Below the pieces are notes generated by a model that saw nothing but the letters and a program-made list of their open reading frames with translations, searched no databases and was not told the origin of the DNA. From Treponemataceae bacterium (GTDB lineage: Bacteria; Spirochaetota; Spirochaetia; Treponematales; Rectinemataceae): 64,000 bases of DNA. How positions within the stretch are numbered: the stretch's first letter is position 1; each line of letters starts with the position of its first letter. The translations under genes were made by a program, and so were the position numbers. The stretch is from positions 735,414 to 799,413 of the forward strand of contig CAXXVZ010000004.1 in the NCBI GenBank assembly GCA_963678065.2, read 5' to 3'. Below, piece by piece: positions 1-10,337 of the stretch.

Positions 1-916
1 CGAGTTGGCCGACATCAGGCGCGATTTCCCCGACGATATCGTCCAGGTTCCGGAATCGCACACGCGTTATGCGATACCGCCCCGGAAACAGGGAGACTGG
101 TACGCCGAAGGGCGGTATGTCGACGAGTGGAGCTGCGTCTTCGAGAACATCCAACCAGGTCTCATAGGGGAGGTGAAGATCCCTCTCATTCCCGCGGAAG
201 ACGAGGACTGGAACGCGGCCTCGCGGGTGCACATCCCCGTCGAATTGTTGAGCCTGGACAAAAAACTCGTGAACGAATACTGCGGGCACAGCGAGCGCTT
301 CGTTCTCGCGGGGGAGCTCGCGCGGCCATTCGAGCGCATGCAGTTCATACGAGGCACGGAAAACCTCCTGGTCGACATCGCCCTCGGGAACGCGGCCATG
401 TACGCCTTCATGGAAGAGGTCCACGATTTCTTCAAGAGGCTCCTCACGGTCTGGGCGGAAACCGATGTCGACGGGCTCTTCTTCATGGACGACTGGGGCA
501 GCCAGAGAAGCCTCCTCATCGATCCAGCCCTCTGGGTCAGGCTCGTCAAGCCGATGTACCGCGATTACGCCGATATAGCCCACAGCCACGGAAAGAAAAT
601 CTTCTTCCATTCCGACGGCTATACGCTCGACATAATCCCCCACCTCATCGATGTCGGGATCGACGCCGCCAACCTCCAGATATTCTGTATCGGGCCGGAG
701 AAGCTCGGACCCTACGCAGGGAAAATCACGTTCTGGGGCGAGATCGACAGGCAGGAAATACTGGCTTACGGGACGAAGGAGGATGTTCGTGCCGCGGTGG
801 AGCGGGTCAGGCCCATCCTCTGGAAGGACGGCGGGGCGATAGCCCAGTGCGAGTTCGGGGCCGGGGCGAAGCCGGAAAACGTGCGCGAAGTCTTCGCGGC
901 CTGGAACGGGGACTGA
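1..916 (+). CDS. Uroporphyrinogen decarboxylase / MtaA-CmuA-like family protein, 5'-truncated at window edge
   Basis: Family motifs DEWSC, RGTENLL, FMDDWGSQ, FFHSDG, FWGEIDRQ; ORF runs to window start. Confidence 0.8.
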   Translation, partial: ELADIRRDFPDDIVQVPESHTRYAIPPRKQGDWYAEGRYVDEWSCVFENIQPGLIGEVKIPLIPAEDEDWNAASRVHIPVELLSLDKKLVNEYCGHSERFVLAGELARPFERMQFIRGTENLLVDIALGNAAMYAFMEEVHDFFKRLLTVWAETDVDGLFFMDDWGSQRSLLIDPALWVRLVKPMYRDYADIAHSHGKKIFFHSDGYTLDIIPHLIDVGIDAANLQIFCIGPEKLGPYAGKITFWGEIDRQEILAYGTKEDVRAAVERVRPILWKDGGAIAQCEFGAGAKPENVREVFAAWNGD

Positions 917-968
917 AGGGCCGGCCGCAGCCAAAGCCGCACTCAAGCCGCGGCGGCCTGAATCCCCA

Positions 969-2087
969 TCAGAGCCGCGAAAGGTCGGCGGCTACCTCGA
1001 CAGTGTGTCCCTTCGTCGAGGTGAAGGTGAAACCCTTGCGGCTGGGCGCGGCTTCCGCGACGCGGGAGAAATCGCGCGGGATGGCCACGACTCCCTCCAG
1101 GTAGGGGAAGCGCGATGTCTCCTCGGGACGGAAGCTGTGGCAGGTCGGATAGCCGAGGCTGTTCATGTCGTTCGGACCCTGGCTCGTCCCCACCGTATCC
1201 GCGAAATACGAGGTGACGTCTTCGACGCCGAGCACGGCGGTGCGCCCGTTCCAGGGGAACTGATGGCGTCCACGGTTTTCCATCCACAGAAGCGTCGAAC
1301 CGAATTTCCGCGAACTCTTCAGCGAATACCAGGCGAAGCCCTCCTCCGGATAGGCCGCGAAGCTCCAGGCGATGTCCTCGGAGGGGCTGCGCCACGCCGA
1401 AACCAGGTCGACGAAGCCCTCGACGCGGGGGAAGGTCGTGCAGTCGGAAAAGCTGCCGGCCAGCGTGGGCACGCGAGAGAGCGAGGCTGCGCGGACGCCC
1501 GGAAGCAGGTCGTAGTATTCGCCGCCCGAGTACTGGAGGACCGAGCGCGGCATGACGCGCAGGGTCTCGTAGGAGCTCAGCGAGAGGTACATCCGCCCCG
1601 CGAAGGGCATCCTGAGATTGGGGTGGTATCCCACGGGATAATCCCCGGACACGCCCTCGACCGCGACCTCGGTGAAGATCGAGGAGTTCGCTTCGTCGAT
1701 CTCGACTGTCTTGAGAGCCATTCCTCCGACATCTTTCGGCTTGATCGAGAGGACAATGCGGTCGCCTGAATCCTTGCGCTCCGCGTACTCGAAGGTCCAA
1801 GGCTCCGAGGCCACGTCGCCGTGCGCGCGGAAAATGCGTCCGTCCTGCGAAAGTCCACCACCGCCGAAGGGCAGGCAGAAGAAGTTGCCGCGAAGAGGCC
1901 TGAGCACGCCAGCGCCGAGCGCGAGCCCCTCGCCCTGCCAGGGCGAGACGAAGTAGGGATTGACCGGCTTCGTGCCGAGAGTGAATGTGACGGGAGCGAG
2001 ATGGGCTCCCTCCTCGGTCATCGTCGCCTCGATCGAAGAGCCGGCGTAGCGGAAGCCGCCCGATATTTTTGTCCAGTTGCTGTCCAT
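969..2087 (-). CDS. Hypothetical protein, probable galactose-mutarotase/aldose-epimerase-like fold
   Basis: GNFFCLPFGG, HGDVASEPW and YHPNL motifs; start re-called at ATG 2087 because a sigma70-like promoter lies directly upstream. Confidence 0.55.
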   Translation of the reverse strand: MDSNWTKISGGFRYAGSSIEATMTEEGAHLAPVTFTLGTKPVNPYFVSPWQGEGLALGAGVLRPLRGNFFCLPFGGGGLSQDGRIFRAHGDVASEPWTFEYAERKDSGDRIVLSIKPKDVGGMALKTVEIDEANSSIFTEVAVEGVSGDYPVGYHPNLRMPFAGRMYLSLSSYETLRVMPRSVLQYSGGEYYDLLPGVRAASLSRVPTLAGSFSDCTTFPRVEGFVDLVSAWRSPSEDIAWSFAAYPEEGFAWYSLKSSRKFGSTLLWMENRGRHQFPWNGRTAVLGVEDVTSYFADTVGTSQGPNDMNSLGYPTCHSFRPEETSRFPYLEGVVAIPRDFSRVAEAAPSRKGFTFTSTKGHTVEVAADLSRL

Positions 2088-2093
2088 GGCAGG

Positions 2094-2122
2094 ATGATAC
2101 CCACGCGGCATCCGCGCCGCAA
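2094..2122 (-). promoter_or_regulatory. Sigma70-like promoter, leaderless configuration
   Basis: TTGCGG-17 bp-TATCAT-6 nt-ATG(2087); no SD. Confidence 0.6.
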
Positions 2123-2131
2123 GGTGCCGAA

Positions 2132-2194
2132 TTGCCTCATCGATGTTCAAACCCAAAGGGATCGTTGCCTCAGCGAAATTCAAACCCGCGGGGA
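2132..2194. repeat. Imperfect 30-bp direct repeat, 33-bp period, between divergent genes
   Basis: ttgcctcatcgatgttcaaacccaaaggga (2132-2161) vs ttgcctcagcgaaattcaaacccgcgggga (2165-2194), 24/30 identical. Confidence 0.7.
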
Positions 2195-2304
2195 CGTAGC
2201 GACTCGACGCTTTCACGCTGATTTTTTTCACCATTTTTCCGAACAGCGGTTATAATCACATATCGAACCAGAGTTTCATCGAACGGAACAAAAAGGGAGG
2301 AACG

Positions 2305-4161
2305 ATGAAAATTCCGGCGTATGTGGTCCACAAGGGACTCGCGAGCTGGGTGGCGGAGATGGCCGATCTGTGCAAGCCGATGCACGTACACTGGTGCGAC
2401 GGTTCCGAGGCGGAGAACGAGGCCATCTGCAATTCGCTGGTGGAGTCCGGAACGTTCATCAGGCTCAATCCGGAAAAAAGGCCGGGGAGCTTCCTGGCCA
2501 GGTCCGATCCAGGCGATGTTGCGCGTGTGGAGGATAGGACTTTCATCTGTTCGCGCCGCCGCGTCGAGGCTGGGCCGACGAACAACTGGAAGGACCCCAA
2601 GGAGATGCGCGCGATCCTGCGCCGCCTCTTCGACGGCTGCATGCAGGGGCGCACCATGTATGTCGTTCCCTTCAGCATGGGCCCCCTCGGATCGCCGCTC
2701 TCTCACATCGGGGTCGAACTGACGGACTCCCCCTATGTCGTCGCGAGCATGCGCATCATGACGAGGATGGGCCGCAGGGTCCTCGAGCTGCTCGGATCCG
2801 ACGCCGAGTTCGTGCCCTGCGTGCACTCGGTGGGCATGCCCCTCGGGCCCGGGCAGGCCGACGTTCCCTGGCCCTGCAACAGGGATCACAAATACATCGT
2901 GCACTTCCCTGAGGACCGCGAAATCTGGTCCTACGGGTCGGGCTACGGCGGCAACGCCCTCCTCGGGAAAAAATGCTTCGCCCTCAGGATCGCCTCCGTC
3001 ATCGCGCGGGACCAGGGCTGGCTCGCCGAGCACATGCTGATCCTCGGCGTGGAATCGCCCGAGGGCGAGAAAACCTACATCGCAGGCGCCTTCCCGAGCG
3101 CCTGCGGCAAGACGAATTTCGCCATGCTGATTCCGCCGGAAGCCTTCAGCGGATGGAAGGTCACGACAGTGGGCGACGACATCGCCTGGATCAAGCCGGC
3201 TCAGGACGGCAGACTTTTCGCGATCAATCCCGAGGCCGGCTATTTTGGCGTCGCGCCCGGAACATCCGAAAGATCCAATCCGAACGCCATGGCGACGATT
3301 CGCGCAAACACCATCTTCACCAACACGGCCCTCACCGCAGATGGCGACGTGTGGTGGGAGGGCATGACAAAGACTCCGCCGGAGGGCCTCGTCGACTGGC
3401 AGGGCGAAGCCTGGAGTCCCGATTCCAGATCGCCCGCTTCACACCCCAACGCTCGCTTCGCGGCTCCGGCGAGCCAAAACCCTTCGATAGATCCCGACTG
3501 GGAGAATCCCTCGGGCGTCCCCATAAAGGCCTTCGTGTTCGGCGGCAGGCGGAGCGCGATCGTCCCCCTCGTCTATCAATCCTTCAACTGGATCTACGGT
3601 GTCTATCTCGCTGCGACCATGGGCTCGGAGACGACGGCTGCGGCTTCGAGCGCGGTCGGGCAGGTAAGGCGTGATCCTTTCGCCATGCTGCCTTTCTGCG
3701 GCTACCATATGGCCGCATATTTCAATTACTGGCTCCGGTTCGGCCGCATGATCCAGAACCCACCGCGCATTTTCGGCGTGAACTGGTTCCGCAAAGACGC
3801 CGAGGGCAACTTTCTGTGGCCCGGTTTCGGGGAGAACATCCGCGTGCTCAAGTGGATCGTCGAGCGGGCGAACAATCACGCAAAGGGCGTGGAGAGCCCG
3901 ATTGGCTGGATGCCCCGCTATGAGGATCTCTGCTGGAAGGGACTCGAAGACTTTGGCCACGAACGCTTCAACGAACTCATGGCCATCGACAGGGAATCGT
4001 GGGTAAGCGAAATACTCTCGCACGAAGAGCTGTTCACGAAGCTCTATGACAGGCTCCCGAAGGAACTGATCTTCATCCGCGAACTCACTTTATCCAGCCT
4101 CTGGCGCTCGCCGGGGCATTGGGAGTTCGACAAGAACCTGATGGAGCCGACCGAGGATTGA
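2305..4161 (+). CDS. pckG: Phosphoenolpyruvate carboxykinase (GTP)
   Basis: [40 protein letters not shown] motifs; 618 aa; SD GGGAGG. Confidence 0.97.
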   Translation: MKIPAYVVHKGLASWVAEMADLCKPMHVHWCDGSEAENEAICNSLVESGTFIRLNPEKRPGSFLARSDPGDVARVEDRTFICSRRRVEAGPTNNWKDPKEMRAILRRLFDGCMQGRTMYVVPFSMGPLGSPLSHIGVELTDSPYVVASMRIMTRMGRRVLELLGSDAEFVPCVHSVGMPLGPGQADVPWPCNRDHKYIVHFPEDREIWSYGSGYGGNALLGKKCFALRIASVIARDQGWLAEHMLILGVESPEGEKTYIAGAFPSACGKTNFAMLIPPEAFSGWKVTTVGDDIAWIKPAQDGRLFAINPEAGYFGVAPGTSERSNPNAMATIRANTIFTNTALTADGDVWWEGMTKTPPEGLVDWQGEAWSPDSRSPASHPNARFAAPASQNPSIDPDWENPSGVPIKAFVFGGRRSAIVPLVYQSFNWIYGVYLAATMGSETTAAASSAVGQVRRDPFAMLPFCGYHMAAYFNYWLRFGRMIQNPPRIFGVNWFRKDAEGNFLWPGFGENIRVLKWIVERANNHAKGVESPIGWMPRYEDLCWKGLEDFGHERFNELMAIDRESWVSEILSHEELFTKLYDRLPKELIFIRELTLSSLWRSPGHWEFDKNLMEPTED

Positions 4162-4194
4162 CGAAGGACCCGGAAACCCTTGCACGGCCACGCA

Positions 4195-4221
4195 CCTTTC
4201 TCCGCGCCTCGCGGGGAAAGG
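4195..4221. terminator. Hairpin between convergent genes
   Basis: cctttctccgcg-cct-cgcggggaaagg. Confidence 0.55.
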
Positions 4222-4240
4222 CGGCGAGTCCGTTGCCCTG

Positions 4241-5305
4241 TCAGGCGGGCACGAGGACGTTGTAGAGGCCGGGGAACCTCTCTATGGTGAGGGGAAAATC
4301 GGAAGCCTCCAGCTTCGTGGCCTCGCCGTCGCACTGGAGAATTATCCGTTCCGGGTAGTCGACGAGGAGACGCTCCGCGCTGAAATGTCCGACCTCGGGG
4401 ACCTTTTCATGTCGTCCCTTCTCGATGGCGCTCTTGGCGGCGAGTTTCCTCCAGAGGCTGGTCTGCGCGACGAAACAGACGTTGTCCTCGCCGGGCAGGA
4501 TTTTCTTGTTCGATCCGTACTGCCTGTTGCCGGAGGCTCCCATGGCGAGGAGAAGGTAGGCGCGCGGCGAATGGAGCCTCCGCATTCCCCTCGCATCCCA
4601 GGACTGTATTCCCATGGGGAGGACCTTGTAGACCCGGTCGTACATGACGGAAGCGAGATCGACCATGAGCTTGTAGGAATCTCCCGGGAAGAGGGCCTTG
4701 AGTCGATTTGTCATGTGGGAGACATAGGCATCGAGCCCGATGCTCGCGATGTTGAAGGCCCAGGAAGGTTTCTTGCCGCCTTCCGGGGCTGGAGTGACGC
4801 GGAGGGAATGCCGGGATTCGAAACGCGCGGGAGCGAGGAAACGCCCGAGCGCGGTACAGAGATCCCTGCCCTCGGAGCCGTCGTTCCCCGTCCCCATGGG
4901 AAGTCTGAGAATTCCGAAGCGCGGGCGCTCCGCCGAGGGAATGTCGACGAGACGGGCGGCAGTTTCCAGGGAGGTGCCGTCCCCTCCGGCCGTCATGAGA
5001 AGGCGGAGGTCCTCGGGAGAATCGCCGGCGCTCTCCGAAATGATGCGGTCCGCGATATCGAAGGCATGCCCCGAACGCTCGGTCAGATGGAGGCGGAAAT
5101 CCACGGCCGCGCCGCGAGCGGGCAGGTTCGCCGATGACCTGAGGACCTCCTCGAGCTCTCGGCGCCGCTTAAGGGCGAAACGCGGCCTGACAAAGCCGCC
5201 GGCCTTGGGGTTGGCTATGAGGTCGACTTTGAGCTTCCTGCCGGGGAATATCGGGGTCCTGCGAAGAAGGGATTCTATGCCTTCGGCCAGATCATGTGGG
5301 CGCAT
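4241..5305 (-). CDS. Diacylglycerol/lipid kinase family protein
   Basis: IANPKAG, AGGDGT, LPMGTGND, ASIGLDA, QCDGE motifs; start re-called at ATG 5305. Confidence 0.85.
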   Translation of the reverse strand: MRPHDLAEGIESLLRRTPIFPGRKLKVDLIANPKAGGFVRPRFALKRRRELEEVLRSSANLPARGAAVDFRLHLTERSGHAFDIADRIISESAGDSPEDLRLLMTAGGDGTSLETAARLVDIPSAERPRFGILRLPMGTGNDGSEGRDLCTALGRFLAPARFESRHSLRVTPAPEGGKKPSWAFNIASIGLDAYVSHMTNRLKALFPGDSYKLMVDLASVMYDRVYKVLPMGIQSWDARGMRRLHSPRAYLLLAMGASGNRQYGSNKKILPGEDNVCFVAQTSLWRKLAAKSAIEKGRHEKVPEVGHFSAERLLVDYPERIILQCDGEATKLEASDFPLTIERFPGLYNVLVPA

Positions 5306-5313
5306 GGTGTGGC

Positions 5314-5342
5314 AGTGTAATACGGCGCGCGGCGAGTGTCCA
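5314..5342 (-). promoter_or_regulatory. Sigma70-like promoter, near-leaderless
   Basis: TGGACA-17 bp-TACACT-8 nt-ATG(5305); no SD. Confidence 0.55.
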
Positions 5343-5483
5343 GAATGCGGAATGGCAACAGCATTCCGGCATTTCGACGCCGACAATAGATACGCCATTT
5401 TGCCTTGGAAACGTATCTTTTTTGTCCCTGAAACGTGAACACTCTCCTAGTCTTTTGTGCGAGGGCGCTGTTCAATAGGAACA

Positions 5484-7103
5484 ATGAGAAAGCGCAGAAT
5501 GATTCCACGCACCAGCGCAAATAGGAGCAGCTCGTCTACGGCGGGCGGACAGCTCCGGTATGCCTTCGATGTGGTATACGGTTCAGGTCTCGGCGTGTTT
5601 CTGGATAGCATCTTTATCGGCACAGTCGCGGGTTTCGTCATAGCGGGATTCCGTCTGCTGCTCGAGCTGGCGGATGGACTGCGTCGTGATGTGTACGACC
5701 ATCTGCGAAATGCAGGCTTTCCCCTCGTGGTGGGGTGGGCCTGCATCCTGATCCTCATCGGTATCCTTCTGGGATGGATGAGCCAAAGAAGACCCATGAT
5801 CAAGGGGAGCGGGATTCCCCAGATCAAAGGGGCCCTTCAGCGGAAAATGCACATGGAGTGGCTCCCTGAACTGCCGATGAAGATCGTTGGCGCCATACTT
5901 GCCATAGGTAGCGGGTTATCGCTCGGGAGGGAAGGACCATCGATACAAATAGGATCCTATGTCGGCCGCGCATTTCTCGGCATCGGAAGGAGACCGACTA
6001 TCGAACGAAAATTCCTCATAACAAGCGGGGCAGCCGCAGGGCTTTCGGCGGCCTTCAGCGCGCCTCTCGCAGGTGTACTCTTCGTGCTCGAGGAGTTGAA
6101 CAGATATTTCTCCCCACTGCTTCTATCCTGCGCCATGGGGGCCTCAGTCGCAGGCGATTTCGTGGCGAGTCGGTTTTTCGGACTGAAACCGGTATTCGAT
6201 TTCCACACCATCGACCCAGTTCCCTTGGGCATGCTGCCTGCCGTGATTATGCTTGGGGTTCTGTGCGCCTTCGCAGGCGATCTCTTCAAACGTTCGCTTT
6301 ATTTTGCCCAGGATATGTACACCAAACTGCGCATTCCGGCCGTACTGCGCCCTTGTCTCGCCCTGCTGTGCTCGATTCCCGTAGGGCTCTATCTATTCAG
6401 GGTTACGGGCGGCGGTCACGCCCTCATAGAAGAGCTGGCGAATGAAAAGCTAGATATTCTGTTCCTCATCCTTCTTTTTGCCGCGAAACTTTCCTTCTCC
6501 GCCATCTCCTATGGATCCGGAGCCGCAGGCGGTATTTTCCTTCCACTTCTTGCCTGCGGGGCGTTGTTCGGTGAAATATACGGCAAGGCTCTCACAGGCA
6601 TCGGACTCATTCCGGATCATGTCATCCTGAATTTCATGATACTCGGCATGGCAGGAATGTTTTCCAGCGTCGTGAGGGCTCCCGTGACGGGAGCGGTTCT
6701 CATCCTCGAAATGTGCGGCAATTTCAACCATTTTTCGGGTCTCATAGCCTGCTGTCTGGCCGCATACGTGGTGGGCGACCTCATTCAGTCGACTTCCGTG
6801 TACGATGTACTTCTCCAAAGGATACTGGCCGGCAAGCCGCAACCCGAGAAGCATATTCCCGGACGAAATATCATTCTGGATCTGCCCGTAGCATCGGGCT
6901 CGGTCATCTGCAACAAACAGATCAAGGCTATAGATTGGCCTCGCGACTGTCTTATCGCCGGCGTCGAACGCGGGGAATCCGACATCATCCCCAAAGGAGA
7001 TGTAGTGCTCCGCGCCGGCGACCTTCTTCTCGTTCTTGTACCCGAACATAATGCCGATGTTGCGCTGGAGAAACTCGAAGGAATGGTTCGAGGTATCGAT
7101 TGA
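5484..7103 (+). CDS. clcA: ClC-family Cl-/H+ antiporter with C-terminal TrkA-C (RCK_C) domain
   Basis: GSGIP, GREGP (gating Glu), FVLEE, GGIFLP and central Tyr (SVY) motifs; C-terminal IIPKGDVVLRAGD. Confidence 0.9.
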   Translation: MRKRRMIPRTSANRSSSSTAGGQLRYAFDVVYGSGLGVFLDSIFIGTVAGFVIAGFRLLLELADGLRRDVYDHLRNAGFPLVVGWACILILIGILLGWMSQRRPMIKGSGIPQIKGALQRKMHMEWLPELPMKIVGAILAIGSGLSLGREGPSIQIGSYVGRAFLGIGRRPTIERKFLITSGAAAGLSAAFSAPLAGVLFVLEELNRYFSPLLLSCAMGASVAGDFVASRFFGLKPVFDFHTIDPVPLGMLPAVIMLGVLCAFAGDLFKRSLYFAQDMYTKLRIPAVLRPCLALLCSIPVGLYLFRVTGGGHALIEELANEKLDILFLILLFAAKLSFSAISYGSGAAGGIFLPLLACGALFGEIYGKALTGIGLIPDHVILNFMILGMAGMFSSVVRAPVTGAVLILEMCGNFNHFSGLIACCLAAYVVGDLIQSTSVYDVLLQRILAGKPQPEKHIPGRNIILDLPVASGSVICNKQIKAIDWPRDCLIAGVERGESDIIPKGDVVLRAGDLLLVLVPEHNADVALEKLEGMVRGID

Positions 7104-7123
7104 TACAAAAGGATGACGATAGC

Positions 7124-8239
7124 TTATGCCGGACAGTCTTTCAGACACAGGGTGGAGAGAAAAATGCCCGCGGCAAGCATGTCGGCCGATCCACCGGGGC
7201 TCAAGTTTCTCTCACAACAGTCTTTGTCGAGGAGACAGAGGAATCGACGACCTTCGACTGACCGCGCACCTCCCGCCGCAAGGACAGCCGCCGCGTGACT
7301 CTGGACAAATGCGAGCCCTTCCGGTCCACCGCGGGCGAGAAGGCAGGAGTCTTCCAGTACGGACATCGAAGCCAGTAGGGCATCGAGCCGGAGAGACTCT
7401 TGCTCATGCGACAATCCATTCCGAGCGAGGCTTACGGCAAGGTCGGAGCCACCTTCCTGAAGGCGGGGGAGGACTGCGCTCCTGAGGACGGGAAAGCCTG
7501 CCTCGGCCTCTCCGCGGATGCCTTTGACGCCGAATCGCAGATACAGCTTCTCTCCCGCGGTTAGGCACCCTCCGGAATTCCTGGAATTTTCCGGACCGCT
7601 TTCCCGGCTTCCGCCCATAGCGACGGCATGGATGCCGGAAAAATCGAGGGCGGTGACACCCTTGCAAATGCGGCCTGCGAGAAAACAGATTTCCGCGAGG
7701 CCGGATGGATTTTCGTTCTGTCCTTTACTCGAGGCAACGGAAAGACCGGCAGCGGCACAGAGCAGGCCGAGTGTGAAAATGGCGCCTTTGTGCGTGTTGA
7801 CCCCCCCCGTTGCGCGGAACATCACAAACTCGGCTTCACGCCCCAGCGCGCGGAGATCACTGAAGAGTATGGGGAAGGCAGGATCGGCCTCTGCGTTCAG
7901 CCTCGCCCCGAAATTGTATCCTGCCATGGCGCAGGCCGAAAAATATGAACCAAGAGAATGCGCCGAGACAAGAAACATCGGATAATCCATGTCCCGGTGG
8001 GCGCCATTGTGAAAAGGATCGACAAGGCCAGGCTTGGGAGCTGTCTTTGCCTCCTCGCAGAGGGCCCGAACCGCGGCCTCACCGACAACGTCCCCGATTC
8101 GGAACGCCGCCCGCGGAAATCCGGCGGAGTCGTCTATCCCGGAAAAAGAAAAGCCGGGGCCCGGCGATGCGGACTCCGGCTGGAGAGGCGATGGACGGAA
8201 AAGTGAAGTCACCTGTGCACAGCCTTTATCACGCGGCAA
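7124..8239 (-). CDS. citG: Triphosphoribosyl-dephospho-CoA synthase
   Basis: PKPGLVD, GAHRDMD, TGGVNTHKGAIF, GIRGEA, LSPGGSADML; start uncertain. Confidence 0.93.
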   Translation of the reverse strand: MPRDKGCAQVTSLFRPSPLQPESASPGPGFSFSGIDDSAGFPRAAFRIGDVVGEAAVRALCEEAKTAPKPGLVDPFHNGAHRDMDYPMFLVSAHSLGSYFSACAMAGYNFGARLNAEADPAFPILFSDLRALGREAEFVMFRATGGVNTHKGAIFTLGLLCAAAGLSVASSKGQNENPSGLAEICFLAGRICKGVTALDFSGIHAVAMGGSRESGPENSRNSGGCLTAGEKLYLRFGVKGIRGEAEAGFPVLRSAVLPRLQEGGSDLAVSLARNGLSHEQESLRLDALLASMSVLEDSCLLARGGPEGLAFVQSHAAAVLAAGGARSVEGRRFLCLLDKDCCERNLSPGGSADMLAAGIFLSTLCLKDCPA

Positions 8240-9734
8240 TAGTTTTCTTCGTCCGCATCTTCTGGATGACGGGGAGAAGGAAGGCTCCGATGGTGAGGGC
8301 GAGGAGGACGAGAGAGATGGGGGATTTGACGAAGACGCTGTAGCTTCCGTTGGAAATGGTCAGCGCCTGGCGGAATTTTTCTTCTATCGATCCGCCGACT
8401 ATCGCTCCGAGCACCATGGGCGAGGTCGGGTAACCGGCCCGTTTCATGAACATGCCAAGGAGTCCGAAAACCACCAGGATGAGGAAGTCGGGCGTGCTCT
8501 GGGAGATGGAGTAGGTGCCGATGAAGGCCAGGGCCAGGACGATCGGGAACAGGATCTTTTCGGGCACCGCGAGAATACGAACAAGACCGCCCGCCATGGG
8601 GATGTTGATAAAAGCCAGGATAAAGTTGCCGATGATCATGGAGGCGATGACGCCCCAGGCGATTTCGGGACTGTTCTGGAAAAGCAAGGGACCGGGCTGG
8701 AGGCCGAGCATGAGGAGGGCGCCGAGCATAACCGCCGTTGTTCCCGAGCCGGGGATACCGAGGGTCATCATCGGGATGAGAGCACCGACCGAAGCCGCGT
8801 TGTTGGCCGCTTCGGGGGCGGCGAGGCCTTCGATCGCGCCTTGTCCGAATTCCTTGCCGTGCTTGCAGAGATTCTTTTCCTGATTGTAGGCCATGATGGC
8901 GGCCATCGTCGCCCCGGTTCCGGGAAGGACGCCGATGAGGAAGCCAAGAGGAGTCGACCTGAGGATCGAAGGCCAGGACCGTTTCCAGTCTTCCCTCGTG
9001 ATCCAGATCTTTCCGAATTTCTTCTGGATCCTGCCCACTCCCTTGCCGATGCCGCCGAGTCCTTCGAATACCTCGCCAAGGGCGAAGATACCGATGATGA
9101 CGATGAGGAAGTCGATGCCATTCATGAGCGCGAGCTGCCCGAAGGTGAAGCGCTGCAGGCCGGAGAGCGAGTCGATTCCGATCGTCGAGATGATGAGCCC
9201 GAGGAACATGGCGATGAAGCCCTTCACGACCTTGCCTTCTCCCGACATCGTCGCGGTCGCGGAGAGTGCGAACATGTAGAGCATGAGGTATTCCGCGGGG
9301 CCGAACTTGATGGCGAACTGCGCGAGGGGAGCTGCGAGGAAGATCATGAACACGGTCGCGATCATGCCGCCGATGAAGGAGGCGATACCTGAAATCGCGA
9401 GCGCCGCTTCGGGGCGCTTCAGTTTCGTGGCGAGCGGGTAGCCGTCCCAGCAGGAGGCTATGGCCGCGCCGTCTCCCGGAACATTGAGGAGGATACTGGC
9501 GCGCGAACCGCCGTACATGGCTCCGTAGTAGACACCGGCCATGGTGATGAGGGCTCCGACGGGTCCCATGCTGAAGGTGAGGGGAAGAAGGACGGCCACG
9601 CCGGATGCCGGACCGAGTCCGGGAAGCATGCCGATGATAGTGCCGAGCACGCCGCCGACGGTGACCCACATAATGTTGACAGGCTGGATGGCGACGCCGA
9701 GCCCCAGCAGCAGATTGTGAAGAATTAAGTCCAT
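8229..9734 (-). CDS. tctA: Tripartite tricarboxylate transporter, large permease
   Basis: GMLPGLG, GAMYGGS, APEAANNAA, LGIPGS motifs; 501 aa hydrophobic. Confidence 0.95.
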   Translation of the reverse strand: MDLILHNLLLGLGVAIQPVNIMWVTVGGVLGTIIGMLPGLGPASGVAVLLPLTFSMGPVGALITMAGVYYGAMYGGSRASILLNVPGDGAAIASCWDGYPLATKLKRPEAALAISGIASFIGGMIATVFMIFLAAPLAQFAIKFGPAEYLMLYMFALSATATMSGEGKVVKGFIAMFLGLIISTIGIDSLSGLQRFTFGQLALMNGIDFLIVIIGIFALGEVFEGLGGIGKGVGRIQKKFGKIWITREDWKRSWPSILRSTPLGFLIGVLPGTGATMAAIMAYNQEKNLCKHGKEFGQGAIEGLAAPEAANNAASVGALIPMMTLGIPGSGTTAVMLGALLMLGLQPGPLLFQNSPEIAWGVIASMIIGNFILAFINIPMAGGLVRILAVPEKILFPIVLALAFIGTYSISQSTPDFLILVVFGLLGMFMKRAGYPTSPMVLGAIVGGSIEEKFRQALTISNGSYSVFVKSPISLVLLALTIGAFLLPVIQKMRTKKTIAA

Positions 9735-9746
9735 TGCTGTCTCTCC

Positions 9747-10223
9747 TTAAAAATCAAGGAAGGGCATCGGCGGCAGGGTGATGCCGAGCATCTTACCGAA
9801 TACAACGTACACCCCGATGGAAAACAGGACGGCCACGATGGTGGGCACGAGCATTTTCTTGCCTTTGGAGATGTAGAGCATGATCGCCTCGATGAAAACA
9901 GTCGTCGCGATGATGTAGCCGAGCGTCTCGAAAACAAGGGCGTAGATAATACAGCCGATCGACACGAAGGCGACGAGCCTGCCCTCGGGAGTCAGCTTGA
10001 AGGAAGCCTTTTTCTGGGCTTTCCCGGCTTTCTGCTTTTTCATCTCCGCCGCGAAGAGCCAGAGGGAGAGGACTACCATTCCTGTCGCGATTATCAGCGG
10101 ATAGATTTTTGGAGCGGCGGGATTGCCGAAGGCGGCGTCCGGCAGCCGGAGCGCGGCGACGGCCCATGTCAGGCCGAGAATGGTAAAAAACAGGTTTGCG
10201 ATGACCTGAATGTTCAGAATCAT
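9747..10223 (-). CDS. tctB: Tripartite tricarboxylate transporter, small permease
   Basis: About 4 TM, 158 aa, between tctC and tctA. Confidence 0.9.
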   Translation of the reverse strand: MILNIQVIANLFFTILGLTWAVAALRLPDAAFGNPAAPKIYPLIIATGMVVLSLWLFAAEMKKQKAGKAQKKASFKLTPEGRLVAFVSIGCIIYALVFETLGYIIATTVFIEAIMLYISKGKKMLVPTIVAVLFSIGVYVVFGKMLGITLPPMPFLDF

Positions 10224-10250
10224 GCGGTGACCTCACTTTGTAAGAAATAT

Positions 10251-10282
10251 GCTTCGGGAAGGGTGTTGTCCCTTCCCGAAGC
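10251..10282 (-). terminator. Perfect 13-bp intercistronic hairpin after tctC
   Basis: gcttcgggaaggg-tgttgt-cccttcccgaagc. Confidence 0.75.
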
Positions 10283-10337
10283 CGCCGCCACTCGCATCCT
10301 CGTGGAGAGGGAGGGCGGGCAGATGATCATGCGAGAC

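Noticed and set aside
5343..5480. Possible fluoride riboswitch / CLC-F exporter
   Set aside because: No crcB-motif consensus recognised; the protein has canonical GSGIP/GREGP/Tyr chloride motifs
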